From positions 174,344,001 to 174,408,000 of the forward strand of contig OZ024742.1 in the NCBI GenBank assembly GCA_964016885.1: a stretch of DNA of 64,000 nt. The letters are read 5' to 3'. This stretch comes from Eledone cirrhosa (lineage: Eukaryota). Made by a program: the position numbers and the translations under genes. Below are positions 49,721 through 63,626 of this stretch, piece after piece; within the stretch, counting starts at the first letter, position 1, and each line of letters starts with the position of its first letter. The notes under the pieces are model-generated. The model saw nothing but the letters and a program-made list of their open reading frames with translations. It did no database searches and had not been told where the DNA came from.

Positions 49721-52700
49721 AATCGTATTAATTTTGATTCATGTAATTGATATTTGAATTTAAATCGGATAATAACAAACATTTACAAATGTTTTATTGC
49801 CTCTACAAATATTGAACATTGAATCGGACTGTCAAGTAATAAATATTTTTCGTGAAAACAATGTTAGATTTGGACCAGAGCTGCCAGATTAAAACCTAAC
49901 CATATAGTGAAGCAATGCATAAGATTAAGAACAAACACCCCAAAGCCAATTATATTTAAATATAGTTCTGCTACTTATGTCGTACAGAAATCTCCAAGTC
50001 TTCTTCTGCAGTGTCATCAACAATGAGACAAGTAGAAACTTAATGAGATATAAACTTAATAGTATTTATAAAAATGGATGAAATCTTTACAACATTTTTG
50101 TATGTGTTCAATAGTTTCTGCCTTAATTCACATAGTAATGTCAAGGATTTCAAGCTACATTCTATCTCTGACTTTAAGTTTGACTGATGTTACAAAGGAA
50201 AATACTCCTTCAACTGCCGAGTTACTAATTGGTATTATTAACTCTTAACACACTGAAAGGATTTAGCAGGAAATATTTAAAGAACAGATTTCTTAATTCA
50301 AATGTTTAGAGTATTTTACTAGTGGATAGATCTTTGTAAATGTTTTCAGTATTAGAATAACGACTTCCATTTTCAGTCATAGTGCTGTTTTGTACTTTTC
50401 AAGATGTTTTGCTGATGTAATTTCATGTGGTGCCGAATGTTAAAAATTATACATGTAAAAGCAAAGTTGGTGAGCTTCTTGAATACCTAATGTTGAAGTA
50501 CACAAATCCACATTTTACCCTGTTAATATGAATTTCATCCTTCTTAAAGGGGACTTCTTTCCAATCAACTTATAGTAATTTTTTCCAGTGTTCTTCAATA
50601 ATGCTAACACCATTTTCATATTTCAATATTTAAAAATTATTAGAAGGAAACTCCAGCATATCTTTTCCCACAATTTTTCTTTCTTTTTTTTATATAATAT
50701 TTTAATATATATTTTGTTTATTTGTATGTATTCTTTTGAAATGAATGTCACTAGCTTTTCAATATTTATAAATGTTTGTAATTGAAAAAAAGACAGCCTT
50801 AAAACATTGGATAGAATGATTTACGTTATTTGTTTTGGCTCTTTGCTCTCTTGGTTAAAATTCTGTCATGGTCAACTTTGTCTTTCATCCTTTTTAGGTT
50901 AATAAGAAACTATCAGCCTAGTACTGGAGTGGATTCTTCCTCTCTATATTTTTCTCACTTCCCCTCTTTCAGTCTCTAACCTTCCCTGGAAGAAATCTGC
51001 TGAATCCAGAACTGGAGAGATGGATTCTGCCAGACTTAAAATGCTGTATATCCCTATGATGGTTCCATGACCCAACCAGGTGTTATGGGTAAGAGAAAAG
51101 AGAATGCAAGTTCTGAAACTTCATTTCAATCTAATGAAGGACTTAATTTCACCAGATCTCAAAATAATTCTCATCCTTAAAGGAAGCTTGCATTTTACTT
51201 GACTGAAGACATTTTCTCGTATAGTCAGGCATCATTCTTTTTTTTTTCTTCTTCTTTGCCAACTTATTCCTGCCTTTCAGCAGGTCCTGTTAGATGTCTT
51301 TCTTTACCATTTAAAAAGAAATATCTATAAAAGTTTTCTATTGGAACCTGGTGGTATGGTACTGTTCCATAATTCTTGATAGAGTTATATGGGCATTGTA
51401 GTGGCATATGGTGATTCTTGTGCATTTTACGCCTCATGACGCCCATCCCTCTCTAGGTCTGAACACAGTAGATTTCTTCAATGAAGGATAGAAAGTGGTG
51501 AGGGAGAGGAAGTGAGAAAGAGATATAGTAGAACATTCGACCCTAGTACTAGACTAGTACTTTTTTTATTGAGCTTAAAATGATGAAAGGCAAAGTTGAC
51601 CTCGACATGATTTGAAGTCAGAGAGAAGAGAGTTGGTATGAATAGTGTAAATCATTCTATTCTACGTTTTAATGATTCTGCCAATTTGTCACCTGGTACA
51701 TTCTATTAAACATTCAACCCAAAATCAATTTTAAACATATGGCTTTTCTGTCTTTTGGCAACATACAGCTAATCTATTGTGAGAACCCTTTTAATGTAAG
51801 AATAATTTACTGTGCAATTCATTCAAATCAGTTTTCATTTTCTAGAATAGATTGTTGAGCATTTCAGGCATTTTCAGGTGTTGCAAATTCAATGAATAAA
51901 GAATTTTTGTTATCTGACAACACTTCTTTCATGATCCTAGCTTTGAATCTTGGATCAAACTTTAGTTTGTTTACTTTAAAGACTAAAGTGTACACTTAAT
52001 AGTCACTGGTAAGAATCAAAGTAATCACAGCTAGATTGTCATATGAATATTTATCACAGTCAATATATGTGACTGTGCATGTATATATGTGTATGCATGT
52101 GTGTGTGTGTGCATATGCATGCATTGTAACAAAATCAGACAGGTTTGGAAACAGCATAAAACCATTGTGTGTGTGTGTGTGTGTGCATGTATGTCTCTGT
52201 GTATAAGTGTGTATGTTTGTGTATATGTCCTATAATTTAGTGATTCAATAAAAACGATGAGTAAAACAAGTAATGGGGTTGATTTAAGGAAGTGCCCCAA
52301 TTTACCTGCATTGTAATGTTTGAAACCGGTAACAGAACAAAAGAAGAATTATGTACCATGCTTATGTATTTGTGTATGTCTCACTCTAAGCAAATATGGG
52401 TATGTTTCATTTGAAGCATGTGTTTGCTTATTTGTGAATATTTTCTTTAGAATGTGGTAGTGTTGGTGGCACAATAAAATGTTCCCACTCACCCTGTAGA
52501 GTTTTAGTGTTTGTTCCACAATAAATGCATCCAGTTAAGTCAGTAATGTGGTAATATTGATGTCATACAAACCACACCCAGTACATCCTGTGAGGTTTAA
52601 TATATATATATATATGTGTGCAGGTATGTATATACATATTACTGTACGTCTGTATACATATATGTATGTACGTATACATACTTATATTTAAGTATCAGCC

Positions 52701-53112
52701 ATACTAAGAGTGAGAAATGAAATTTCATACTTTCCATTTATCGTTTTCGGTACGCACGGCCAACTAACTCACTCAATATGCAAATTAGACTGCTCAGCCA
52801 TTAATATGCATAAGGAAGGTATATATTTTCAAATGTTCAATCGACTGACAGGAATGTATACGGTGCTGATGACAGGAAAGTATACGGTGCTGTTCATCGT
52901 TCCTTTGTCAGTGTTGAACAAAAGGGCAACGATGGTTTCCGAACACTGTACAGCTTAATTTAGGGCTGTTTGTTTACAAACAAATCGAACATTATAACAA
53001 ATGTTCGGTAAACCCATACGTACATATATGTATGTGTGCATGTATATATGTATATACTTACTACTGTACGTCTGTATACATATATGTATACAAACGTATA
53101 CATACTTACATT

Positions 53113-53180
<68 letters not shown>

Positions 53181-53409
53181 GTAATTCATTGAATCACACA
53201 CACACACACATATATATATATATTATATGATGATGATAGTGAGGATGATAATAATATATATCCATTTGAAGTAAACTTCTTTTAAATTTCAACCTTTAAA
53301 TTTTAATAAGAAATGTTTTTATTTTGATCAAGTTTCATTTCTATAAGTCAGCCTAACCAGGATTATTAAACATTTTCTCCCTCTCATTATCTTTTCTTCA
53401 CCATTTCTC

Positions 53410-53488
<79 letters not shown>

Positions 53489-54385
53489 TTTAGTGGGATA
53501 TGGCAAACAGAAATATATATGTCGCAATGTAATATAAGGTTGTATATTGTGTAGCTATTTCATTTGTGATTGTTTAGCTTTCTCTGTGTGATATCTTGCG
53601 ATGAAATCCCTGGAGATATTTAGTTCTTTTACTGCAGGTAAGAGAAAGGTTGCTGTATAATAGAAGGATGAACAGGAGTTATAGAACAAGAGTTATATAT
53701 GAAATGTGTCTTAATATTGTCACTTGACACATGTGCAGTAAAAATTGGCACAAATTAAGCATGATTTCCCAACAGATCTCTTTGATCGAAAAAAAAACAA
53801 AGAAACAAAATAATACAAAACAAAACTAACATTTCTCGGAAGATTAATTGATATTCTTCATCTATAATTCAAACTTGGTTTATATATCTTGGGATTAAAG
53901 AAATATGCACGTCTACTTCTACAATCACAACCACCAACACCACTAACAGACATTATAAGAATGTATGGTTAGTATTAATAATTAAGAAGTTTCAGATTTA
54001 CAATTTTGTTCTCTTGATGATTCCTTATTTACATAGAGAAAAGATCATGTGAAATATTCAGCTAACCAAAAGATGGGTTTACTGAGAAATACTTTACATG
54101 GTTAATACTGTCAGACAGAGGATTCCAGGTTTGACAGCCTTTAACAGAAATCATAAATCTTTGGCAGACCAAATTCTAAATAGAATTTCAGCAAGAGAAA
54201 TAATTCTTTTAAATTAAGTCCATGCTGAGTTAGAGAACATGAAGATAAATTGAATGGGAAAATATTTAGAAACATTGAATATTTTATGCTGTTTGTCATT
54301 TCTAGAGAGAAGCAAAGGTGGGGAAAATGCATTTTGAAATTTTGTGTAGGATGTTGTAGGTAGCTGCAGCATATTGCTGTTCATT

Positions 54386-54748
54386 GGTGGATTGGCAGTA
54401 TCGGTAGAGGGTCGGACGCCATGCTTTCTAGCATAGTTATGTCCCTTTATGATATGAGTTCAAATCCCGCCGAGGTTAACTTTGCCTTTCATCCTTACGG
54501 GGTCGATAAAATAAAGTACCAGTTATGTACTGGTTAATTGCTAGCCTTGTGCCTAAAAGTAGAAACAATTATTTTATCGGTAGAGGGTTGGACGCCATGC
54601 TTTGCAGCACAGTTACGTCCCTTTATGGACTGAATTCAAATCCCGCCGAGGTTAACTTTGCCTTTCATCGTTACAGGGTCGATAAAATAAAATACCAGTA
54701 ATACCTTGGGATAATTGCTGGCCTTGTGCCAAAAGTAGAAACAATTAT
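54386..54748 (+). mobile_element. Two tandem young SINE copies (54386-54572 full; 54576-54748 5'-clipped)
   Basis: A box, B box, core and tail, twice. Confidence 0.93.
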
Positions 54749-54751
54749 TTT

Positions 54752-54788
<37 letters not shown>

Positions 54789-54941
54789 TAAGATGTATGG
54801 TAGGTCGTATGTGAATCGCGATGATCACGTCTGACTTACCAAATATGTGACGGTAGCTAGTTAAGCTCTATGCGTATACGCAGAGCAGAAATATTAGTGA
54901 AAAAGAACAAAGGAACTATTATGACATTATAACAAGTTTAT

Positions 54942-54988
54942 TGCCGACAGCCGTTTCGTCCGACCCCATGGTGGGACTTATCAAGGCA
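54942..54988 (-). ncRNA. Hammerhead ribozyme, U3:A8 variant (mirror of 57160-57206)
   Basis: Exact reverse complement of the right-arm motif. Confidence 0.8.
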
Positions 54989-57159
54989 TATAACATGTGA
55001 TTGCAAGATCATTGTTTACATCAACGTATCACTCAAGGCTAGCAGTTTGAAATTGTTGTATACATCAGCAACTCCGCTTGTATAATTCGGGTCAATATTC
55101 TAAGGGGGGCTCTTTTATATTAGTTGTCGGGGTCAGGTATTGAAGTTTAAAAATTAGACAAAAATATATAATTTACGCATCAACATTAAACTAAAAGACT
55201 TGGGGTCCCGTAGAAGCACCTTAGAAAATCCCTCAATGAGTGCATAAAGCTTACAGGCTCCAATAAACCTATTAGACTAGAAGAAAATTAAGAGGCTAAT
55301 AAAATAATAAAATAAAAATATAAAGTTTCCCTAAAAAATATATAAAGTTCCTATGAAATTTCTTCTAGAGAAAAAAAAAATTTTTTTCCGAAAGAAAAAA
55401 ACCTTCTTCCCCCGAGATCACGTTTACAAAATTCAGAAAACTGAATTGAAAACTAGGTTGAAAGAAACTAATCAATTAGAGGTTAATTCAGAGAGCCTTC
55501 CATAAATCTCTCAGAAAAGGCCCCTTTAATATTTCCAATAGGAACTTCTTCCGAGAGACCCTTCGAAGAATTAAAATTTTAGAGAGCCTTTAAGGATAAA
55601 TATAAAAACGAATTGAGGGAAATTATACATTAAAAGTTAAAAATTAAAAATTACGGTATTTGGGATATCCGAGGAATTTTCAAAGGGCTGCTTCAACAGA
55701 TACAACTTAGGCATAATAGATACAATAATCTAAGCAATTTAAGTAATTTAATTAGGGAGCAATTCAAGGAGTTTATCAAGTTGGGCAAGATTAAAGAAAG
55801 TGGTAACTAAGAAAATACATAAGCAAAAAGACAATAATTCTAAAATGTATCTTTAAGAAGGTATAAGGTAGCTTCAGTGATCTAACCATGTATTATCACA
55901 AAAAAAACATTCTAAAATTATTGATACAGGATTAAAAATTATTACAAAATTATTACAAAATTACCACAAAGTATCCGAGCGCGGGATATCCCTGAGCTAA
56001 TTTTGCCTGACCGTTAATAGTGTTCTGATTACTTGTTGATTGGGCAGGAATATATATTGTCTTTGTTGATCCTGTATCAATAACTTTGTGATAATTTTGT
56101 AATAATTTTGCGATAATTTTATGATAATTTGATAATTTTGTAATGATTTTGTGGTAATTTTGTGATGATATGGTAATTTTGTAATGATTTTGTGGTAATT
56201 TTGTAATAATTTTTAATCCTGTATCAATAATTTTACAATGTTTTTTTTGTGATAATACATGGTTAGATCACTGAAGCTACCTTATACCTTCTTAAAGATA
56301 CATTTTATAATTATTGTCTTTTTGCTTATGTATTTTCTTAGTTACCACTTTCTTTAATCTTGCCCAACTTGATAAACTCCTTGAATTGCTCCCTAATTAA
56401 ATTACTTAAATTGCTTAGATTATTGTATCTATTATGCCTAAGTTGTATCTGTTGAAGCAGCCCTTTGAAAATTCCTCGGATATCCCAAATACCGTAATTT
56501 TTAATTTTTAACTTTTAATGTATAATTTTCCTCAATTCGTTTTTATATTTATCCTTAAAGGCTCTCTAAAATTTTAATTCTTCGAAGGGTCTCTCGGAAG
56601 AAGTTCCTATTGGAAATATTAAAGGGGCCTTTTCTGAGAGATTTATGGAAGGCTCTCTGAATTAACCTCTAATTGATTAGTTTCTTTCAACCTAGTTTTC
56701 AATTCAGTTTTCTGAATTTTGTAAACGTGATCTCGGGGGAAGAAGGTTTTTTTCTTTCGGAAAAATTTTTTTTTTTTCTCTAGAAGAAATTTCATAGGAA
56801 CTTTATATATTTTTTAGGGAAACTTTATATTTTTATTTTATTATTTTATTAGCCTCTTAATTTTCTTCTAGTCTAATAGGTTTATTGGAGCCTGTAAGCT
56901 TTATGCACTCATTGAGGGATTTTCTAAGGTGCTTCTACGGGACCCCAAGTCTTTTAGTTTAATGTTGATGCGTAAATTATATATTTTTGTCTAATTTTTA
57001 AACTTCAATACCTGACCCCGACAACTAATATAAAAGAGCCCCTCTTAGAATATTGACCCCAACTATACAAGCGGAGTTGCTGATGTATACAACAATTTCA
57101 AACTGCTAGCCTTGAGTGATATGTTGATGTAAACAATGATCTTGCAATCACATGTTATA

Positions 57160-57206
57160 TGCCTTGATAAGTCCCACCATGGGGTCGGACGAAACGGCTG
57201 TCGGCA
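57160..57206 (+). ncRNA. Minimal type-I hammerhead ribozyme, U3:A8 variant
   Basis: ugcc UUGAUAA gucc caccaugggguc ggac GAAA cggcug UC ggca, overlapping a following AATAAA. Confidence 0.82.
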
Positions 57207-57377
57207 ATAAACTTGTTATAATGTCATAATAGTTCCTTTGTTCTTTTTCACTAATATATATATATATATATAATTAATTCACCGACAAATCTGTTGAACA
57301 GATCGGACACAGCTACAGTCATTTCATCACTTCCTCAATAACCAATTAAGTTTGTATTATTAAAATATATATATTAA

Positions 57378-57490
57378 TATTGTTTCTACGTTAAGCACAA
57401 GGCCAGCAAATACCCAGTGCATTACTGGTACTTTATTTTATCGACCCCGTAAGGATGAAAGGCAAAGTTAACCTTGATGGGTCCAACATA
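57378..57490 (-). mobile_element. tRNA-derived SINE 3' part
   Basis: Tail and core reverse complement. Confidence 0.8.
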
Positions 57491-57510
57491 GCGTTATACA
57501 CATGTATGTA

Positions 57511-58090
57511 TGTAGCGAAATCTGTCCACGCCTTGAACCTTGGCTGACCCCTAAAGGTCAAACTCTAGGTCACCACCTTTTTGGTGTGAACAGGTTCATG
57601 CGTGGGCTATCCCCTCAAGGTCGGAGACAGAGAACGACAGGTATATAAAGCCTATAATTTCCCACTTTATAGACAGAGAGATCGGAGCACCATGATACAG
57701 ACCAGCTATGTAAGGATTCACCGCTACCACCCGGCCCCAGAGGTCTACAGACATACGGAGCGATTGGAGCAGTACGCTATTACAAGCTATGTGAAAGATT
57801 CACCGTTATCTACAGGCTACAATGGTCTACAGTCAGCTACAGTCCATTACTTTCTTTATCTCCTGGTCGCAGACTAAACCAGACTCACGACGAGAACTAC
57901 TACCACGGACTGCAACAACCAACAAACTTTATCTGGTCCCTCGCTGTTTTCACATCAATAACAAAATAACATTGCCAACCTTCGCAACTCGTGGTAACTT
58001 GATTATTATTCTTTTTGACTCAAGTGAAGTAAACCTTAATATATAAACTATATCGCTATTCTTGTTATTACACCTATTAATGTTATTACA
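57511..58090 (+). mobile_element. Possible solo LTR
   Basis: GC-richer island starting TGTAGCG, TATA-like gtatataaag at 57641, ending in TTACA (58070 or 58090); no TSD recognised. Confidence 0.35.
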
Positions 58091-59212
58091 TCTAACAATC
58101 GTGTTAAACCATTCTAACAATATCTTACTTATACCCTTCGTTAAATGTATATGTTGTATATTGAATAATATACAACATTTTTATGAAAAACATTTGAAAG
58201 CCTTCTGCTACGAATGTTCAAGATTGTGACCACCATCACACATCCGAAGTCATAGCAAAAATAGGAGGAAGCAACAAACAATATTGTTTCTCGTTTTCTT
58301 GTGGTTATCAATGTTACATATCAGCCTAACTTCTGCTGAGATAAAAACAAGCTAGAATTTTATGGATTTCTAACTTGTGTATATGAGCTGACTCACAGAG
58401 GTACCCGTCGTTTCTTGGGTATTAAATAGTAGTCATGTATAGCATTCTTGTCAATACTTCAGTGCTGCTTTGAAAACTATACTTGTATAAGATGATCGGC
58501 TTTTTCCAAAAGGGTGTTCCTGTCTCCTACTCAATATGTGCCAATTTTGTGTGTTCAAATTCATCTGTAGAACATATGTAGCCCATGTGTCAAGTTTGGT
58601 GAAAATCGGTTGCGAACTCCAGAAGTTATGATGTTTTGTTGCATTGCACGGCAGTGCTTCAGTCGACTCCAAGGAAGCGATTAAAGTGGGTTATCTGCCT
58701 CGGGGATGGGGGGGGGGGAGAGCATATAATCAATATCTAGAAAAACGAAAGTGCCCATGACATAAGTAACCTATGTTTTAAATACAACGCTGCTCATAGT
58801 TTTATAACACTCTTGCAGTAGCTTTACGTTCAGCATCTTTCAATCATCTAATTGCAGCCTCCATTGGCGATTCATTTGCTTTTCTTCTTTTCCCTCTCTC
58901 AGCTTTCACCGTTTTTCGACCAATGGCGGATCCCTTTCTTGGAGGAATTATCTAAGGAAAGAGGACGTAACACACTAAGATGAGTAAAATGTTAACCAAT
59001 AATTATTTAAGTTTCGCACATGTGACGTGATTGTCACGGTGATCCAGAGACAGCCTTCGTCGACCTAAGGGCCGCATTAGATAAAAACTTGAACATTTTA
59101 TGTGTTCACAACACTTCTGGGAAAATAACGCATATTTGATCCAAATTTGAAGAAAATCGGTGTCAAACTGTAGCAGTTATGTGGGTACGGACATACACAC
59201 ACATCCTCAGTT

Positions 59213-59269
<57 letters not shown>

Positions 59270-59497
59270 TGCACGTGTGTGTGTGCGGACAGTATAACTT
59301 CCCCGGACACACATAGCACACACACAGTCACAGTATGTCTTGTGTGAAAGAGAGAGAGAGAAAGAGACGTAAGGTTGAGGAAACAGTGTGCAAAGAATAA
59401 ATAAATAAAAGTTAAAGTTATCGAACGCTGCTACCATGTTCTCCCCTCCCCCTCACTATCTTTCTTTCTTTCTCAACCCCTCTCTCTCTTTTTTCTC

Positions 59498-59534
<37 letters not shown>

Positions 59535-60724
59535 CCCTCTCGCTCTTTCTCTACAGAATTGAACAATCAAGAATGTGCATTGTATATATCTAATAAGTTG
59601 TTGCCTCGTTTTGGAGGAATGAGTTGTGGAAGCAGGAAGGAGAGTAGTGGGAGAGAGAGTTTAATATAGAGTAGTAGTATCTCCTCTTCCCCCTCTCTCA
59701 CTGAAACGTCTTCTCTTTCCTCCTCCATTATAAAGATGTCCCCAGGGTTTCCATTATTGATTTCTATTTAGCCAGTGCTGTTTCTAAATATTAGCTTAAC
59801 ATGTGTGTAAAGTTTCATCATGATAAGATACTAGTGTAGGCGCCAACTGGTTATACACGGATACACAGATGCATAGGCAAACAGAAATTTCCATTTATAT
59901 AGTAGTAGATGTAGCTCATTTGCATATGGCGCAGCAGCTAGCTTGCTTTGAGGCAGATACATAACCTTGACAACTGCTAAAAAGCGAGAAACAGTGTTGT
60001 CAGTTGTTTCCCCTTGTTTTTACTGAGACTAGGATGTGTGACAGTTGTCACATCCTTAAAAATTCATGTATATTTTGCACAGTACAAATATATATATCAT
60101 CATCATTGTTTTTATATTGGAATTTATAAATGAAAAAAAAAAGAAAAACAATACTTGAAGTAGGGTTTATGATTTCATTCAAAGCAAAAGCCTCCTTTCC
60201 TTTCATGCTAATGAATTTTGGCGTACACATTTATTTTGTTTATAAATGTGGTGCCTATCGTTATGCTGATGAAAATATGAAATCTAAACTGTAAGTATAT
60301 AATGACATCTTCATTCCAGTACAGTTGGCACAAGCAAGATGACTGCACTGTTACAGGCATGTAGTGTAATATGAATTTGAAACTATGGCAAAGAATTGCC
60401 AAGAGATCTAAGTAGAAAAATGAATATAAAACTAAGGATGATGTTGATGATATTTCCCATTTAATTAGGGATTGAGAGGTAGGATCACTGTTTGTTACAC
60501 AGGAATATATATACAACAGACACAAATATACAAAGCTGCAACAAGATTTTGGTTGATTTTTATCAGAAATAATCAGTTATGTAATACTATTATAGCTCTG
60601 AACTTTCTGGTGTATATATGACAGAAGAAAATGTATTCCTAGTAGAGATTAAATGATTAAACCAAAAATAAGCACATTGCAAAATAGTAATATCTTAAAA
60701 CTGTAATCCTTTAATATAGGGAGA

Positions 60725-60867
60725 TAATTGTTTCTACTTTTGGCACAAGGCCAGCAATTATCCCAGTGTATTACTGGTACTTTATTTTATCGATCCCGTA
60801 AGGATGAAAGGCAAAGTTAACCTCGGCGGGATTTGAACTCAAAGCATGGCGTCCGACTGTCAATCCA
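60725..60867 (-). mobile_element. tRNA-derived SINE (main family, internal deletion)
   Basis: Tail, core and B box reverse complement. Confidence 0.88.
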
Positions 60868-61459
60868 GGGAGATAATGATGTATTATTATTGTCAGAATA
60901 GTATCTTATCTAGAGAAATGAATTTCTAAACATTAAAGTGGAGAGAGACTGGATGTAATCAAAAGTGAATAAAACTGGACTGTAGAATTGTGCTAAGCTC
61001 TGTGTGAGCCAACACAGTCACACAGAAGAAGTCATATATAATCCCTTCATATTTTGTCAGTAATCTAAAATTTCTTCTGCTTTATCTGAAAATTTCAGAT
61101 TTCCTCCAAATGTTGTTGGTCTATGGAAATGATCTCAAAACTGAGATGATGATTCATCATTAAACGACAGCTACTGTTGCTAATTCACCCACTATCACAA
61201 ATGCTACATTTTCACAAAAGTATTCTAAAATAGTATATTTATAATTCATGGGACTGAAATGTGAGACAAAAGGACGGTCTGGAAAAAAATATTCTAAAGC
61301 ATTCTCTGTCAATAGAGTTGTTTATAACTATCAGTCTACTTGTCTCACTTTGGATATCAATCTATCTGTCACTCTCTATCTACCTACTTGTCCCTCTCAC
61401 TCTATCTTGAAAGTTATCTCTTATTCTCACACATTCCCTCTCTCTATGAATATATATAT

Positions 61460-61915
61460 ATAAATAAACATAAAGTATTAGTCAACAGGTTAAAATTAAC
61501 TTTGTTTATTCAGTCACTGTTATATACATTTCGGTGATAAACATTATGCAACACCTATGACCTCATCAGACAGCTAGAATTTCAACAGAAAAAATAGAAA
61601 AAAAATAAAGATTAAATAAAGCTTACTTCTGTTATTTCGATTGCATTGATATGGTCCCGGCTGAATTTAGGTATTGCTTTCTCAAGGCAAGGGTAGCATA
61701 TGCTTCCGTTGCCTTGAAAAAGCATATAAAGGAATCAAAATATCAGAAGTAAGCTTTATTTCATCTTTATGTATATCTGTTTATTCTGTTAAAATTCTAG
61801 GTGTCTGATGAGGTCATAGCTGTTGCATAACGCTTATCACCAAAATATACATGACAACAACTATAAATAAACAAAGTTGACTTTAACCTATTGGCTGATA
61901 CTTCATCTTTATATA
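61460..61915. mobile_element. ~450-bp diverged fold-back element with HHRs
   Basis: 61470-61641 mirrors 61733-61905; inner hairpin around 61675-61725; short TA tracts on both sides. Confidence 0.85.
61516..61574 (-). ncRNA. Type-I hammerhead ribozyme, canonical core (mutated mirror at 61802-61856)
   Basis: Minus strand: gcugu CUGAUGA ggu.aua [16 nt] uau.acc GAAA uguaua UA acagu. Confidence 0.75.
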
Positions 61916-62092
61916 TATGATGCAGACCCACCTGCACACTTCGTCGATTGCGATACCCTGCATACTGAAGTGTTGGTGATTAACCAACACATACTCAAAT
62001 TAATAAAAACATACACACACAAACACGTAAAATGATGACGATGATGATGATGATGATGATATATATATGTGTGTATATATATATATATATAT

Positions 62093-62275
62093 AAGAAGAA
62101 ATTAAAAGATGGTTAGAAAAGTTTCTTGTATTTTATTATGCGCATGTCAAAATACATGGAACTATTCTAACCATCTTTTAATTTCTTCTTGTATATACTC
62201 CAGTCCAATAAACTGTTGAGTGCTACTTATCCGATATTTGCATTGCTTTATTGTGCTACAATAAAACTCACCTCA
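62093..62275 (+). mobile_element. ~100-bp hairpin (62093-62190) plus tail, between (TA)n tracts
   Basis: aagaagaaattaaaagatggttagaa...ttctaaccatcttttaatttcttctt; tail tactccagt...tgttgagtgct resembles 24228-24250. Confidence 0.8.
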
Positions 62276-63046
62276 TATATATATATATATCCTACACTTT
62301 AAATCTGGTTGGTGCTACGAAAGGCATTCAGCAGCCATAAAAATCCAACCAAAACACAGATCCTACTATGTGCAAAGTTCAGCATAGGTAACTGGCCAGG
62401 CCTTCCTCATAACATGTCCACTAAACTCCCAAAATATGGTTCTGCTATGACACCAGGGTACAGTGCAGTGAAATAAATAGTGATGATGATGATGATTAAG
62501 TATATATATATATATATATACATAAAGATATATGTCAATGAATATATATATATATATGCACACATGCACATATATATACATATATAAACTATTCACAAAC
62601 ATTGTTATAATTTAGTGAAAGAATCTTATATCACTTATTCTGTCTATAAGACAACTGGTTATGTACTAGTATAAAATGATATTATTTCTATACAATTATA
62701 TTAAAATATAAGTATATTGTTTATTGACAATGTTATATTCAATGACACTATCATGTCTTCTAAAATGATTTTTTGGGGATTGATCGTCTCTACTGGATCC
62801 GAGCAATCACAAGAGAATACCATTATAGTTCTCTCTGACAACATATCACAATGTTACAATGATTTGCTCATATTACACATTGTTTCATTTGAACACGACT
62901 CAATGATATTCACAGTTGTCCTTCTGAGATTTGTCAGCTTTCTTTCATTATGAAGAATATGATAATGATGATGATGGTGGTGAGAATTATTTTCTTTTTA
63001 CCTACTCTGAATCTTTCACTTCTATTTTTTTCTTTCTCTGTGTGCC

Positions 63047-63146
<100 letters not shown>

Positions 63147-63183
63147 GAATATAAAATGAAAGTGCTTTTATAAAGGAATTTAT

Positions 63184-63223
63184 TAGGTATTGACATATGT
63201 TTCTGTAACAGACGGAATACCTA
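63184..63223 (-). ncRNA. Decayed hammerhead (core partly deleted)
   Basis: Minus strand: uagguauu CCG ucuguuaca GAAA cauaug UC aauaccua; stem I 8 bp and palindromic stem III are intact. Confidence 0.5.
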
Positions 63224-63408
63224 TGTATCGCTGCTTGCGTAATCATATAATGTTAAATATATATATATATTTATTTATTAAAATATATATATTACCTGTA
63301 TGTTTTGTGAAGCGAACGTTTCCACGAACCAAAGTATCGTCTTCCTGTCTTCCTCCGGTTGCAACGGTTTTGAAATATCCACTTCTGCGTTTACAGATTG
63401 ACTTTGTT

Positions 63409-63459
63409 AGTTTCAGAAGATCCCATTAAGGGTGAAAGCAGCGATTCCTTGCTTAAACT
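63409..63459 (+). ncRNA. Hammerhead-like ribozyme with U4A core change
   Basis: aguuu CAGAAGA u ccc auuaa ggg u GAAA gca [9 nt] ugc UU aaacu; lies in a TA-flanked unit 63270-63570 with a short inverted arm (63272-63285 vs 63469-63482). Confidence 0.6.
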
Positions 63460-63565
63460 TTAATCTGTTATTTTAATAAATATTTGCTCTATGGTTCTTA
63501 TATATTTGATATATATTTATCCTTATCGAGCCCTCTTTGGATTTTAGTCTTCAAATTTATTATTA

Positions 63566-63626
<61 letters not shown>

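Larger units (their letters stand above)
54786..57258. mobile_element. ~2.4 kb nearly perfect fold-back element: arms ~54891-55970 and ~56189-57258, tail 54786-54890, no ORF
   Basis: Arms are reverse complements with only a few mismatches seen by eye; HHR near each outer end; (TA)n on both sides; spacer contains taattttgtga-like tandem units. Confidence 0.95.

Noticed and set aside
52845-52895. CTGATGA...GAAA hammerhead-like string (similar isolated CTGANGA strings at 1460, 16782, 28922, 48728, 60267)
   Set aside because: The full set of stem II, GAAA, stem III and stem I closure is not present; chance matches
54386-54475. tRNA gene (A and B boxes)
   Set aside because: No cloverleaf; it is the tRNA-derived head of a multi-copy SINE
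58370-59900. Helitron/Helentron-like non-autonomous fragments (caaatttgaagaaaatcgg-type motifs)
   Set aside because: Resemblance only; termini could not be defined without a repeat library search
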